A stretch of 64,000 nt of DNA from a bacterium (GCA_963693055.1 OY843751.1:5728001-5792000); one strand, 5' to 3'; shown: positions 1 through 9,706, counted from the stretch's first letter. A program made the numbers and translations. Notes: generated from the letters alone by a model not told the origin.

Positions 1-368
1 TGGTGGTACTGCTGATTGTTTATTTAGTTTGTTACATCATTAATTTGTGAACGGGAATAGGAAAAAGCGCCATAAACTGATTGCCAATTGAAATTCCCTT
101 TCAAAAAATCTTTTTCATTAATCCATATAGATGAAGAACCTTTGATATCTTGAAGCATATTCGGTATTTTTTGATTTGGATTATATCCAAGCAACAGGTG
201 TAAATGATCGGGCATCCCATTGATGGCTATCAATTTGTGTCTTTGATTTTGCACAATTCCTGAAATATATTTGTATAATTCATCTTTCCAGGAATCCTGA
301 ATTAGTGACATCCGGTTTTGTACGGCAAAAACCAATTGCAGATAAATCTGAGTAAACGTATTGGCCAT
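1..368 (-). pseudogene. tnpA: IS200/IS605-family (Y1 HUH, RAYT-like) transposase, nonsense codon at catalytic Tyr; continues past window edge
   Basis: MANTFTQIYLQLVFAV start (ATG 368), HUH motif DHLH, WQxxYGAFSYS; reading continues after TAA (24-26) as INNQQYH, the position of the conserved Y-I-x-N-Q motif. Confidence 0.85.
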
Positions 369-422
369 AATTAATACCCCCATATAATTTTTATCAAACA
401 CCAGGAATTTTAATAATTTCTA

Positions 423-668
423 TCGCGTCCCCATGGGACGCAGATTTGGTTTTCCGGCATAGGCTACAAATATCCGGTCCCTGCGGGACCGCTGTCAAAC
501 GATTCCGGTTTAAAGTATTCTAGCAAAGAAACGGATTGATTCCGTAATTCAATCTAAATCCACATTGTGAGCTCTTTGATCCTTCCATCAATCCAAAGGT
601 CCCGTCAGGGACCCAATATCTGTAGAAACCATGACAACCAGAAACAGGCATCCCGTAGGGATGCGATA
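423..668. repeat. REPIN-like unit copy 1 (four GC-rich hairpins in two inverted doublets)
   Basis: GCGTCCC-CAT-GGGACGC, GGTCCC-TGC-GGGACC, GGTCCC-GTCA-GGGACC, GCATCCC-GTA-GGGATGC; near-identical to 746-991. Confidence 0.85.
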
Positions 669-745
669 GTAAACCTATAATAATTCATAAAAATCTGAAT
701 ATTACAAACATATATATAATATTTTGAAATCCTTTATTATTTCCT

Positions 746-991
746 TCGCGTCCCCATGGGACGCAGATTTGGTTTTCCGGCATGGGCTACAAATACCTGG
801 TCCCTGCGGGACCGCTGTCAAACGATTCCGGTTTAAAGTATTCTAGCAAAGAAGCGGATTGATTCCGTAATTCAATCTAAATCCACATTGTGAGCTCTTT
901 GATCCTTCCATCAATCCAAAGGTCCCGTCAGGGACCCAATATCTGTAGAAACCATGACAACCAGGAACAGGCATCCCGTAGGGATGCGATA
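746..991. repeat. REPIN-like unit copy 2
   Basis: 246-bp direct repeat of 423-668 (period 323 bp) with a few substitutions. Confidence 0.85.
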
Positions 992-1036
992 TGAAATATG
1001 TCCCCTGTTATATGCTCCACCAATATTTCAAGATTT

Positions 1037-2113
1037 TTATAAAGCCTTTTCCGGGAACAATATCCTGAATTCCAGGCCCGATTGATCTGAAGAATAATTC
1101 AGAGTTCCCCGTATCTGTTCAACCAAAGATAAAATGATTTGCATCCCCAATGAATTCGATTTTTTAATATCGAATCCCGGTGGAAAGCCACCCCCATTGT
1201 CCTTGATTACAAATTCAATTTTTCCACTGTCTGCTGATTCTAAATGAATATCCAATATACCTTCTTTATGATCTGTAAATGCGTATTTAAACGCATTTGT
1301 TACCAATTCTGTAACAATTAATGCAAAGGGTACCAGAATATGAACATCCAAAAGAAAATCCTTAATACTGCAATCAATCTTTACTTTTTTAATATCTTGG
1401 GCAAAATTTTGTGCCAAATCACGAACCAATTTACATATATAATTTGACACGGGTATCATTTGTATTTCCCCGCCATAAGCAAGCATATTATGAATATCAG
1501 AAATAGACCTTACACGTCCCGCGCATTCTTTTAATACCATGCGAGAATGCTCATCCTTTAAATTGTGGTACTGGAGTTGAAGTAAACCCTGGACCATATT
1601 GAGATTATTTTTAATACGATGGTTCATTTCTTTCATTAACAATTGATTTGTCTCAAGTGCTGCAGTTTTTTCCTTTATGGCTTTTTCAAGCCGGGCTAAA
1701 AGATTTTCCTTCTCCCTTTCAATTCTTTTACGCTCTGTTATATCATGAATAATGGAATGTAATACTTTTTGCCCTTCCAGATCAATGGGGCAACTATAGA
1801 CTTCTACATCCCTAATTTCTCCATTTGCCAGTCTGTGTTGAAAAAGAAAATAATTTCGATGATCTACTTTGGCTTCATGCATCTCGTTTTGTATTTCTTT
1901 AGGAGAAAGTATGTTGATATCCATAATTGACATACTGCACAAAACATCTTTACTATATTTGTAAAAGTCGCAAGCAGACTGGTTTACATCAATAATTTCA
2001 CCTGTCTCAGGCTGAATGATTAGCATTATAGAATGGTTGTTTATAAACAAACTTTTATACAGTTCCCCGGCTTCATCAAATCGATGCGATATTTTTTCAA
2101 GTATATTTTTCAT
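1037..2113 (-). CDS. PAS-domain sensor histidine kinase (HisKA_2 type)
   Basis: PAS ending DITERK, H-box EMNHRIKNNL, N-box ELVTNAFKY, DNGGG and SLG boxes. Confidence 0.9.
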   Translation of the reverse strand: MKNILEKISHRFDEAGELYKSLFINNHSIMLIIQPETGEIIDVNQSACDFYKYSKDVLCSMSIMDINILSPKEIQNEMHEAKVDHRNYFLFQHRLANGEIRDVEVYSCPIDLEGQKVLHSIIHDITERKRIEREKENLLARLEKAIKEKTAALETNQLLMKEMNHRIKNNLNMVQGLLQLQYHNLKDEHSRMVLKECAGRVRSISDIHNMLAYGGEIQMIPVSNYICKLVRDLAQNFAQDIKKVKIDCSIKDFLLDVHILVPFALIVTELVTNAFKYAFTDHKEGILDIHLESADSGKIEFVIKDNGGGFPPGFDIKKSNSLGMQIILSLVEQIRGTLNYSSDQSGLEFRILFPEKAL

Positions 2114-2256
2114 TTTATTCTTTCATTAATAAAAGTCTAAATTATTATAATAAAGATTTAAATTCAAGTCAATTCCTTTATAATCAAGATTTAGAATACA
2201 TGATTTGTTTTAATTAAAATGCATCCGCCAGATTTTCCTCCTTTCTCATTTTCTGC

Positions 2257-2285
2257 TTGAATCTTGCCTGATATTTAATTATAAT
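2257..2285 (+). promoter_or_regulatory. sigma70-like promoter
   Basis: TTGAAT-N17-TATAAT, 40 bp upstream of ATG 2325 (RBS GAGGAG). Confidence 0.55.
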
Positions 2286-2324
2286 AAATTAAATTACCCC
2301 ATATCCGCATTTGAGAGGAGCATC

Positions 2325-3584
2325 ATGATCCGTATTATATATCGCATAATTTTAATACTGTGCTTGCCTGTATTTATATACGCGCAAACCCTTGCCGTTA
2401 TCCAAGTAAATGCAAAATCAAAATCCCATAGCAACACACCCGTCAGCATTTCACTGGACAATCTGCCGGTACCGCTGGATGCGTATCGACTCAAACTCGT
2501 CGAAAAAACCAAATCCGGCAAAATCAATGTACCCTGTCAGGTGGAAGCAGCGCAAACGCCCCGACTATGGTGGATTTTGGATAACCCATCCACCTCAAAG
2601 TCCCGTACATACGAATTGATCTATACGGATTCATCCTATACCGCCCCTTCTCTAATGTGCAAAAAAACAGATACCGATCTGATATTGCAGCAGAACGGCA
2701 CTCCTGTTCTCAGCTATCGCCATGCTGTACAACCCGCTCCCCCGGGCGTGGACCCCTTGTACAACCGAAGCGGATTTATTCATCCTTTATGGACACCCAA
2801 CGGACAGGAACTGACCCGCATTCAACCCCCGGACCATTATCACCATGTGGGCATCTGGAACCCCTGGACCAAAACCCATATTGAGGGACGTGAAGTGGAT
2901 TTCTGGAACCTGGGCAAAGGGTTGGGAACCGTGCGTTTTGCCGGTGTTCTTTCTACTACCGATGGTTCTGTCTATACCGGATTCAAAGTCCGGCAGGAAC
3001 ATGTGGATCTGAAAGCAGAGACAGGCCCCGAGGTTGCCATAAATGAAGTGTGGGATGTGCGCGCCTGGAACATTTCGCCCGACAATAATGTCTGGCTCTG
3101 GGACATGTCAACCGTGCTCAATTGTACGGGCAAACCTGTCGAGTTGACAGCCTACCGTTATGGTGGTGGAATTGGATACCGCGCACTGGAATACTGGACC
3201 AAAGACAATTGTACCGTGCTCACCTCTGAGGGTAAAGACCGCGCGGAAGCAGACGGCACCAGTGCTCGCTGGTGCAACGTAAATGGAGAAATGCCACAGA
3301 GCGGTAAATCCGGCATCTTGTTCATGAGCCATCCCACCAACCGCGAACACCCCGAGCCCATGCGCGTATGGCCGCTCAATGCAAATGGTGACCGCGGTGA
3401 TATGTATTTTGAATTCTGCCCCATTCGTCATAAAACCTGGAACCTGGTTCCCGGTAATACCTATGGATTAAAATATAGAATGCTTGTATACGACGGTACA
3501 ATTACCGCGGAACAGGCAGAACAATACTGGCAGGATTTTGCCAATCCTCCGAAAATTACTGTGGACTGGAAACAATTTCAATAA
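2325..3584 (+). CDS. secreted DUF6807 ('PmoA family') protein
   Basis: Signal peptide; RSGFIHPLWTP, PPDHYHH, YGG and HPTN motifs typical of this family. Confidence 0.7.
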   Translation: MIRIIYRIILILCLPVFIYAQTLAVIQVNAKSKSHSNTPVSISLDNLPVPLDAYRLKLVEKTKSGKINVPCQVEAAQTPRLWWILDNPSTSKSRTYELIYTDSSYTAPSLMCKKTDTDLILQQNGTPVLSYRHAVQPAPPGVDPLYNRSGFIHPLWTPNGQELTRIQPPDHYHHVGIWNPWTKTHIEGREVDFWNLGKGLGTVRFAGVLSTTDGSVYTGFKVRQEHVDLKAETGPEVAINEVWDVRAWNISPDNNVWLWDMSTVLNCTGKPVELTAYRYGGGIGYRALEYWTKDNCTVLTSEGKDRAEADGTSARWCNVNGEMPQSGKSGILFMSHPTNREHPEPMRVWPLNANGDRGDMYFEFCPIRHKTWNLVPGNTYGLKYRMLVYDGTITAEQAEQYWQDFANPPKITVDWKQFQ

Positions 3585-3596
3585 CAGGAGAACAAA

Positions 3597-4346
3597 ATGT
3601 CAAAACTATTTACCGCATTACTTACCATCTGCATAGTGCTGGGATTATACATATCTGCCAGTTCGCAGGTTCTGATTTATACCAAAAACGGCAAAGACGG
3701 TTATATTCACGACAATATAGATGCCAGCGTTAAAGCCCTGCAGAAACTGTGCAAACAGAACAACCTCACGTCTGATGTCAGTGACGATCCCGCTGTTTTT
3801 ACTGACGAAAACCTGAAAAAATACAAAACCCTTGTATTCTCCAACTCGAACAATGAAGGCTTTGATACGGATGAACAACGTCAGGCATTTGTTAGATTCA
3901 TTCGCAATGGTGGCGGATTTATGGGAATCCATTCCGCGTGCGCGTCCGAACGTGACTGGCCCTGGTTTCATGAAATGGTAGGCGGACTTTTTGTACGTCA
4001 CCCCAAGTTACAGTCTTTTGATATTAAAATTGTAGATGCAGACCATCCCTCAACTTATTTTCTGCCTGATCCCTGGAAATGGGAAGACGAGTGCTATTAC
4101 ATACATCACCTCAATCCCGATATTCATGTATTGCTGGCAGCCGACCTTACCACCATCACAGATGATAAACGCAGCGAATACCCGGGCGAAACCTGGGGCG
4201 ATTATATCCCTATTGCCTGGTGCCACGAGTTTGACGGCGGACGCCAGTTCTTTACCGCGTTAGGACACAAGATCGAATACTATGACGATCCCCTGTTTTT
4301 GAAACATCTTGAAGCAGGCATGTTGTGGAGCATGAAAAAAAAATAA
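3597..4346 (+). CDS. ThuA domain-containing protein (class I glutamine amidotransferase-like)
   Basis: Signal peptide; GGGFMGIHSA, DECY, GRQFFTALGH. Confidence 0.85.
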   Translation: MSKLFTALLTICIVLGLYISASSQVLIYTKNGKDGYIHDNIDASVKALQKLCKQNNLTSDVSDDPAVFTDENLKKYKTLVFSNSNNEGFDTDEQRQAFVRFIRNGGGFMGIHSACASERDWPWFHEMVGGLFVRHPKLQSFDIKIVDADHPSTYFLPDPWKWEDECYYIHHLNPDIHVLLAADLTTITDDKRSEYPGETWGDYIPIAWCHEFDGGRQFFTALGHKIEYYDDPLFLKHLEAGMLWSMKKK

Positions 4347-4382
4347 TTAGAATATTTTAAATAAAGAGATTGGGAAGTAAAA

Positions 4383-5762
4383 ATGAAAAATATCAACAGA
4401 CGTAATTTTATCAAAACCACATTATCAAGCGCAGCCGTGATTGGTGCGCCCATGATCGTACCCGCAAAGGTATTCGGCAAAAACGCACCCAGCAATACCA
4501 TTAACGTGGGTCAAATTGGCTGCGGTCGTATTGCACGCGGACACGACATGCCCGAAACATTGAAAAACGATTGTGTCAACATTATCGCTGTAAGCGATCT
4601 GGATTCCAAACGCGTACAAGAAGGCAAACAATGGGTCAATGAGTGGTATAAAAAGAACCGCGGTTCCATCCCCGTAAATGTTAAAACCTTTGGCGATTAC
4701 CGTGAGATGCTGCAACTACCCGAACTGGATGCTGTAATCATCAGTACTCCGGACCACTGGCACGCGCAACCCGCCATTGAAGCAGCGCTTGCCGGTAAAG
4801 ACATCTATTTGCAAAAACCTGCTTCTCTTACCATTACAGAAGGCCGTCTGATGAGTGATGTCATCCATCGCACCGGACGTATTTTACAAATCGGCAGTCA
4901 ACAGCGTTCCATGCCCCAGTTCCGCATTGCCGCCGAGCTGGTGCGTAATGGCTATATCGGTAATATCAAGAATGTGATCATTGGTCTGCCTTATGATCCC
5001 GCCGGCGATGTAGAACCGGAAATGCCCATTCCTGCTAATCTCAATTATGACATGTGGCTGGGCGAAACTCCCTGGCGCTATTACACCGAAAAAGGCGTTC
5101 ATCCCCAGGATGGCTATTCACGTCCCGGTTGGCTGCGCTGTGAACAGTTTGGTGCCGGCATGATCACCGGTTGGGGCGCACACCATCTCGATTCCATGAA
5201 CTGGGGACTCGGTACCGAGTATACTGGTCCGGTAATGGTAGAAGCTGACGCAGAATTTCCAAAATCCGGATTGTGGGACGTGCACGGCGCGTTTCTGGTA
5301 AACGGACAGTTTGAAAGCGGCACCACCTTTCAGGTCAGTGACAAGTTCCCCAATGGTGTTAAATTTGAGGGCGACGAAGGCTGGATCTTTGTCACCCGCG
5401 GTAACTATGCGGCAACTGACAGTGACCCCGTAAAACAAAAAGACAACGCCAAAGCGCTCGATGCCAGTGATCCCAAAATCCTGCAAACCCAGCTCAAAGA
5501 TACCGATGTGCATTTGACAGTGAGCGATGAACAGCATAAAAACTGGATTGAAAGCATCAAAAGCCGTAAACAACCTATTGCTCCCGCCGAAGTGGGACAC
5601 CGTGCCTGTACCGGCTGTCTTATCAGCCATATCGCAATGAAACTGGACCGTAAACTGCATTGGGACCCGGTTAAAGAACGCTTTCATAATGACGACGAAG
5701 CAAACAGCATGCTCAGTCGTCCACAGCGTTACCCCTGGGGCACCGATTACGTGAATATGTAA
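4383..5762 (+). CDS. Tat-exported Gfo/Idh/MocA family oxidoreductase
   Basis: Twin-arginine NRRNFIK; IGCG, TPDHWH, QKP, IGSQQRS, GWGAHHLD. Confidence 0.9.
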   Translation: MKNINRRNFIKTTLSSAAVIGAPMIVPAKVFGKNAPSNTINVGQIGCGRIARGHDMPETLKNDCVNIIAVSDLDSKRVQEGKQWVNEWYKKNRGSIPVNVKTFGDYREMLQLPELDAVIISTPDHWHAQPAIEAALAGKDIYLQKPASLTITEGRLMSDVIHRTGRILQIGSQQRSMPQFRIAAELVRNGYIGNIKNVIIGLPYDPAGDVEPEMPIPANLNYDMWLGETPWRYYTEKGVHPQDGYSRPGWLRCEQFGAGMITGWGAHHLDSMNWGLGTEYTGPVMVEADAEFPKSGLWDVHGAFLVNGQFESGTTFQVSDKFPNGVKFEGDEGWIFVTRGNYAATDSDPVKQKDNAKALDASDPKILQTQLKDTDVHLTVSDEQHKNWIESIKSRKQPIAPAEVGHRACTGCLISHIAMKLDRKLHWDPVKERFHNDDEANSMLSRPQRYPWGTDYVNM

Positions 5763-5838
5763 TTATCGATCCCTGAGTTTTAGTTCCAGTCCCATTTGGG
5801 CCGAAACTAGAGTATAAAAGGGCGCTGTCATGAGCTTG

Positions 5839-6099
5839 TCGAAGGGCCGGTAATTAAACTGATAATTAAGAATAATCCCTCCCAAAGGCTTATATACTTT
5901 GGGAGGGTATTCTAAAAAAAAATGATCACAACAGAGATGAGCAAAATGATCTCTTACGGTTTTAACAAGGGAACAAACATTGGGGCAATCATAATGAAAT
6001 ATTTCAACACAACACTATTCTTATTGGCTATACTTATTCATACCGGCAATTGCTATACCCTGGAAACTCTCCCTGCCGATTCCGCAACAGTGGACAGTG
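5839..6099 (+). repeat. ~260-bp direct repeat copy 1 (hairpin + 5' UTR + start of secreted-protein gene)
   Basis: Near-identical to 8149-8408; includes CCCTCCCAAAG/CTTTGGGAGGG hairpin. Confidence 0.85.
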
Positions 6100-6311
6100 A
6101 CTTTACTAAAGTAGCATTGAATACAGGATTAAAAATAAAATACGTTAACGGTCCTTTCACAATCAATTTTTATCCCCAAATGTCTATGTTTCTTTTTGTA
6201 AAACTGAATGTTACCCATTTTACAATACACTTTAACAAATCTATTAGAGCATTCCAGTTAGCAGGATGCGCCTCGGCACATCATCAACAATCAATTATTT
6301 CCATAAAGTGA
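5994..6311 (+). pseudogene. truncated paralog of the 8303-9088 secreted protein
   Basis: Identical MKYFNTT...ADSATVDS N-terminus; similarity continues through VNGP..I.F.P..SM then is lost. Confidence 0.6.
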
Positions 6312-6766
6312 TAAAAAAAAGATTCACCACTGAGTTCCTGAGAGTACAGAGGAAAAAAGCGAATGAACAACGGATGCACGCAGAACATCAGCGGAGTGTT
6401 CTCTGTCACGAATAGAACGGAGAGCAAGATAGCACAGACATTATGACCGGGTTTTACTCTGTTTTTCAAGATTCTCGGACACGAGACCCGGGTTACCAAC
6501 TATGGCGGCAAGGTACATATTGGGTTAGGATGAAATAGGTTTCGCTTTAGAACAACTATTTTTTACCCGTATCAGCAAAGACGGTCTCTGGGCGGCCCAT
6601 AAAAAGGTACTTAAACAAATGTATATTTCTGCAAGGCCTGATAACCATATGGATTTTTTAAATAAATACAAACAATAGGAACTAAAGTCCTCGAAGTAGA
6701 TAGCAACACGGACTGGTCACATTCCCTCATCTCTGTGTGTCCTAAATCTACCTCGACAGCAATATT

Positions 6767-6806
6767 AAAAAAAGCCCGTTCGCATATTGGAAGACGGGCT
6801 TTTTTT
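6767..6806. terminator. bidirectional intrinsic terminator
   Basis: AAAAAAAGCCCGT...ACGGGCTTTTTTT directly after stop of the 6818-7954 gene. Confidence 0.75.
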
Positions 6807-6817
6807 AATCAAATCTA

Positions 6818-7954
6818 TTAACGCAGCATGAGCACTTTTTGTGTTTTAACAGTGTTTCCAGCTTTGAGCACAATAAAATATGTACCACTTGGAACTGTTA
6901 TTCCTGTATTATCACTGCCATTCCAATCAAGATTATAAGTACCAGCGGTTCTATACTCGTTTACAAGCGTCTTGACAACCTGTCCATTTACATTGTAAAT
7001 AGTAAGATTCAAATCACTATCAGCCTGCAGATCAAAAGTTATTCGAGTTTGCGGATTAAAGGGATTGGGATACAAAGATTTCAAAGAGGTTTGGTTTGGC
7101 AAACTGGTAACATATTTATCTACTGAATTATTAATTGTCACACTGCCATCAATTGAAACATCAGACAATCGATAGGTATAACTGCCCTCTTTTACATCTT
7201 GATCTGTAACTGTATAATGTCGGGATGTTGTTGAATTACCCTGGCCTGCAAGTGCGGAATCAGTCAGATAGTCTGCAATTTTTGTCCATTCACCAGCCTT
7301 GGAGATTTTGCGTTCAACGATAAACCCTAAATGGTCAATTTCACTTTCTGTGGTCCATTTAATGATTACATCACGTCCGATTTGTTTTGCGGTTAAAGAA
7401 GTTAGTTCTACCGGCAAAGAACCATCTGCTTCCATCATTTCTACTTCTTCAAAGTCAACAAACTGGTTAGGAACGGCGGATGGCGGTACAGTTCCTGATC
7501 CTGTAACCCAAAAACGGTAATAACGGTAGGCGGTAACATTTACAAAACCGTTATAAGTGTGCCATGTATTAAGAGCAGTTTGTTGGGCAGTTTGTGTATC
7601 CAAATCATCCCAGTCTGCATCATTGTTAGAACCTTGAAATATCCAGTCATCTGGATTATAATGTATGTCATTGCTTGTATAAAAACGGTATTGTATTATT
7701 ACTTTTTCATTACCCTCACCAAAATCATATTTCAGCCAATCAGGGCTGTTTTCCAAATCAGCACCATTTGATCCCCACCTACTGTCGTCGTTGTCTGGAG
7801 AATAGGTATCATCAAAAGCATTAGCTGCTACATTATAAGTATAAGCAGTGGAAGCAGAAGCTGTACCGCCAGTACACACATCACCAGTGTATTGGGCATA
7901 GGCACTAATAGAAAAAATAAGAAACAATGTAATCAGTAACAAACTTTGTTTCAT
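6818..7954 (-). CDS. secreted discoidin/F5-8 type C-like protein with FlgD-Ig/T9SS-like C-terminal domain
   Basis: Signal peptide; NAFDD...W, WLKYDF, FQGSNN, YRYYRF; LPVEL linker; YPNPFNP...KVLMLR tail. Confidence 0.75.
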   Translation of the reverse strand: MKQSLLLITLFLIFSISAYAQYTGDVCTGGTASASTAYTYNVAANAFDDTYSPDNDDSRWGSNGADLENSPDWLKYDFGEGNEKVIIQYRFYTSNDIHYNPDDWIFQGSNNDADWDDLDTQTAQQTALNTWHTYNGFVNVTAYRYYRFWVTGSGTVPPSAVPNQFVDFEEVEMMEADGSLPVELTSLTAKQIGRDVIIKWTTESEIDHLGFIVERKISKAGEWTKIADYLTDSALAGQGNSTTSRHYTVTDQDVKEGSYTYRLSDVSIDGSVTINNSVDKYVTSLPNQTSLKSLYPNPFNPQTRITFDLQADSDLNLTIYNVNGQVVKTLVNEYRTAGTYNLDWNGSDNTGITVPSGTYFIVLKAGNTVKTQKVLMLR

Positions 7955-8006
7955 AAAAACACCTCTTTCTACATTTAATAATTTTTGATTGTATCAAAAA
8001 AAAATG

Positions 8007-8022
8007 AGCAAAATTCATGCCT
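8007..8022 (-). promoter_or_regulatory. sigma54-like promoter (-24 GG/-12 GC)
   Basis: Minus strand AGGCAT-GAATT-TTGCT about 50 bp upstream of ATG 7954. Confidence 0.45.
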
Positions 8023-8148
8023 CATAATATTAACTATACAAGAAAAGATTTACAGGAGTTTAAGTTATACACCACAGAGCCGCAAATAGCACAAAAAAAC
8101 ATTAAACCGGATCCCTGAGTGATCCGTCTGTTTTTAAGAGGGATTGTA

Positions 8149-8408
8149 TCGAAGGGCCGGTAATTAAACTGATAATTAAGAATAATCCCTCCCAAAGGCT
8201 TATATACTTTGGGAGGGTATTCTAAAAAAAATGATCACAACAGAGATGAGCGAAATGATCTTTTACGGTTTTAACAAGGGGACAAACATTGGGGCAATCA
8301 CAATGAAATATTTCAACACAACACTATTCTTATTGGCTATACTTATTCATACCGGCAATTGCTATACCCTGGAAACTCTCCCTGCCGATTCCGCAACAGT
8401 GGACAGTG
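8149..8408 (+). repeat. ~260-bp direct repeat copy 2
   Basis: Near-identical to 5839-6099, one A shorter in the poly-A run. Confidence 0.85.
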
Positions 8409-9088
8409 CATTTAAACAGGTTGCGGCAAATACGAAATTACAATTAGAATTCGTCAATGGCCCGATAAAAATCGGATTTAACCCCAATTTGTCAATGCCT
8501 TTTTCCCTTACAATGGATGCTGGCTATATTGCGATATACGATTCCTGTTCTTATTTGTTTGAACCATCGGAATCGACTCCACTCAACCTCAAATTTGGAA
8601 TACTACGCTTAAAGCCATCGAACAACGGTGGTTCTACTGAATGCAAATGGAAAATCATGCCAGACAATCCTTTTGATCTATATCCTTATAACCGGTTATT
8701 AGCTGATTTGACCAATCAACAAATCCAACTGGACCGGAACGAGACAACCCCGTTTATCAATCCGCGAAAAAGCAAAACCAAATATATACTGCTCAATACA
8801 ATCACTCCGTTATTGGGGAATTACTATATCAACAAAAAAAATCCGCTAATTACAAAATTTAATTACAATTTGAACATTGTATTTCTATCCTTATATGAAA
8901 TCACTGCCGCGGGACTGATCACTTATGGAGTAGTAAAAGACAATGATGACAGTATCAAGTATATTAATGGTGGGCTGCTTGTAGCATGTGTCACCAGACT
9001 GTTCGGTATTCAAAAGTTCAAAAACATATCAGACTATAATACACTTGCCAACACTCCTTATAACCTCAGCCGGCTAAAATATGATTGA
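8303..9088 (+). CDS. hypothetical exported/membrane protein
   Basis: Signal-like MKYFNTTLFLLAILI; two hydrophobic segments near C-terminus; start moved from 8231 to the signal peptide. Confidence 0.6.
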   Translation: MKYFNTTLFLLAILIHTGNCYTLETLPADSATVDSAFKQVAANTKLQLEFVNGPIKIGFNPNLSMPFSLTMDAGYIAIYDSCSYLFEPSESTPLNLKFGILRLKPSNNGGSTECKWKIMPDNPFDLYPYNRLLADLTNQQIQLDRNETTPFINPRKSKTKYILLNTITPLLGNYYINKKNPLITKFNYNLNIVFLSLYEITAAGLITYGVVKDNDDSIKYINGGLLVACVTRLFGIQKFKNISDYNTLANTPYNLSRLKYD

Positions 9089-9181
9089 TTAAAAAATTAT
9101 TTATGCGATCGCAACGGGGATGAATGAAACGATCTCTTGAGGATTTATAAACAGGGGCTTTTTTAACATGGGGCTAATACA

Positions 9182-9325
9182 ATGAAATTTTTCTACTCGC
9201 TCATACTCTTTTTAATAATGGCATCTACTACCGGTTTCGGTTATGTCCTAAAAACCATTGATGCAGATTCAGCAACAGTGGATAGTGCGTTTAAATTGGA
9301 ACGCCAGTTCATTCTCCCAACGTAA
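9182..9325 (+). pseudogene. third, diverged and truncated paralog of the ADSATVDSAFK family (47 aa, not in ORF track)
   Basis: Manual translation MKFFYSLILFLIMASTTGFGYVLKTIDADSATVDSAFKLERQFILPT*. Confidence 0.65.
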
Positions 9326-9706
9326 CAGTTGTCCTGTCACCTCTGCATTATAGAGATCCTGCCGCATGGAAAAAGCATCAAGCGATAAACCCTCCAGTTG
9401 AAATGAGCCAACCGGTAAACGCGTATTCAAATTACCATCATCATCATTGCCCTGATGGTCAAACAGATCACTGCGACCCATTTCCCATTTTAATCCGCCA
9501 GCACTGTCGGCAAAGATCATGGCGCCTACCAGTCCATTGCCAACAAAGGCCCCTTGCGACCATTTGAACGGCGCACGGTCCCACAGCAGGTCTTTTTCAG
9601 CAAGAAAAGACTGCCAGTCGACATCCGTTTTAATTTGTTTATTTATAGTTTGAGAGCACCCCGCGAAAATCACAACCAGCCACAAGAAATAGATAATATT
9701 TTTCAT
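9269..9706 (-). pseudogene. N-terminal fragment of a GH95-like glycoside hydrolase lipoprotein
   Basis: Lipobox FAGC; W..GAFVGNGLVGAMI, GRSDLFDH, RLPVG motifs; only 145 aa whereas the family is several hundred residues longer. Confidence 0.6.

Noticed and set aside
423-991. Possible CRISPR array
   Set aside because: Only two long units with nearly identical internal sequence, no unique spacers and no cas genes; fits REP/REPIN better
2325-3584. Particulate methane monooxygenase subunit
   Set aside because: Soluble secreted protein with no pmoB/pmoC; the 'PmoA family' label does not imply methanotrophy
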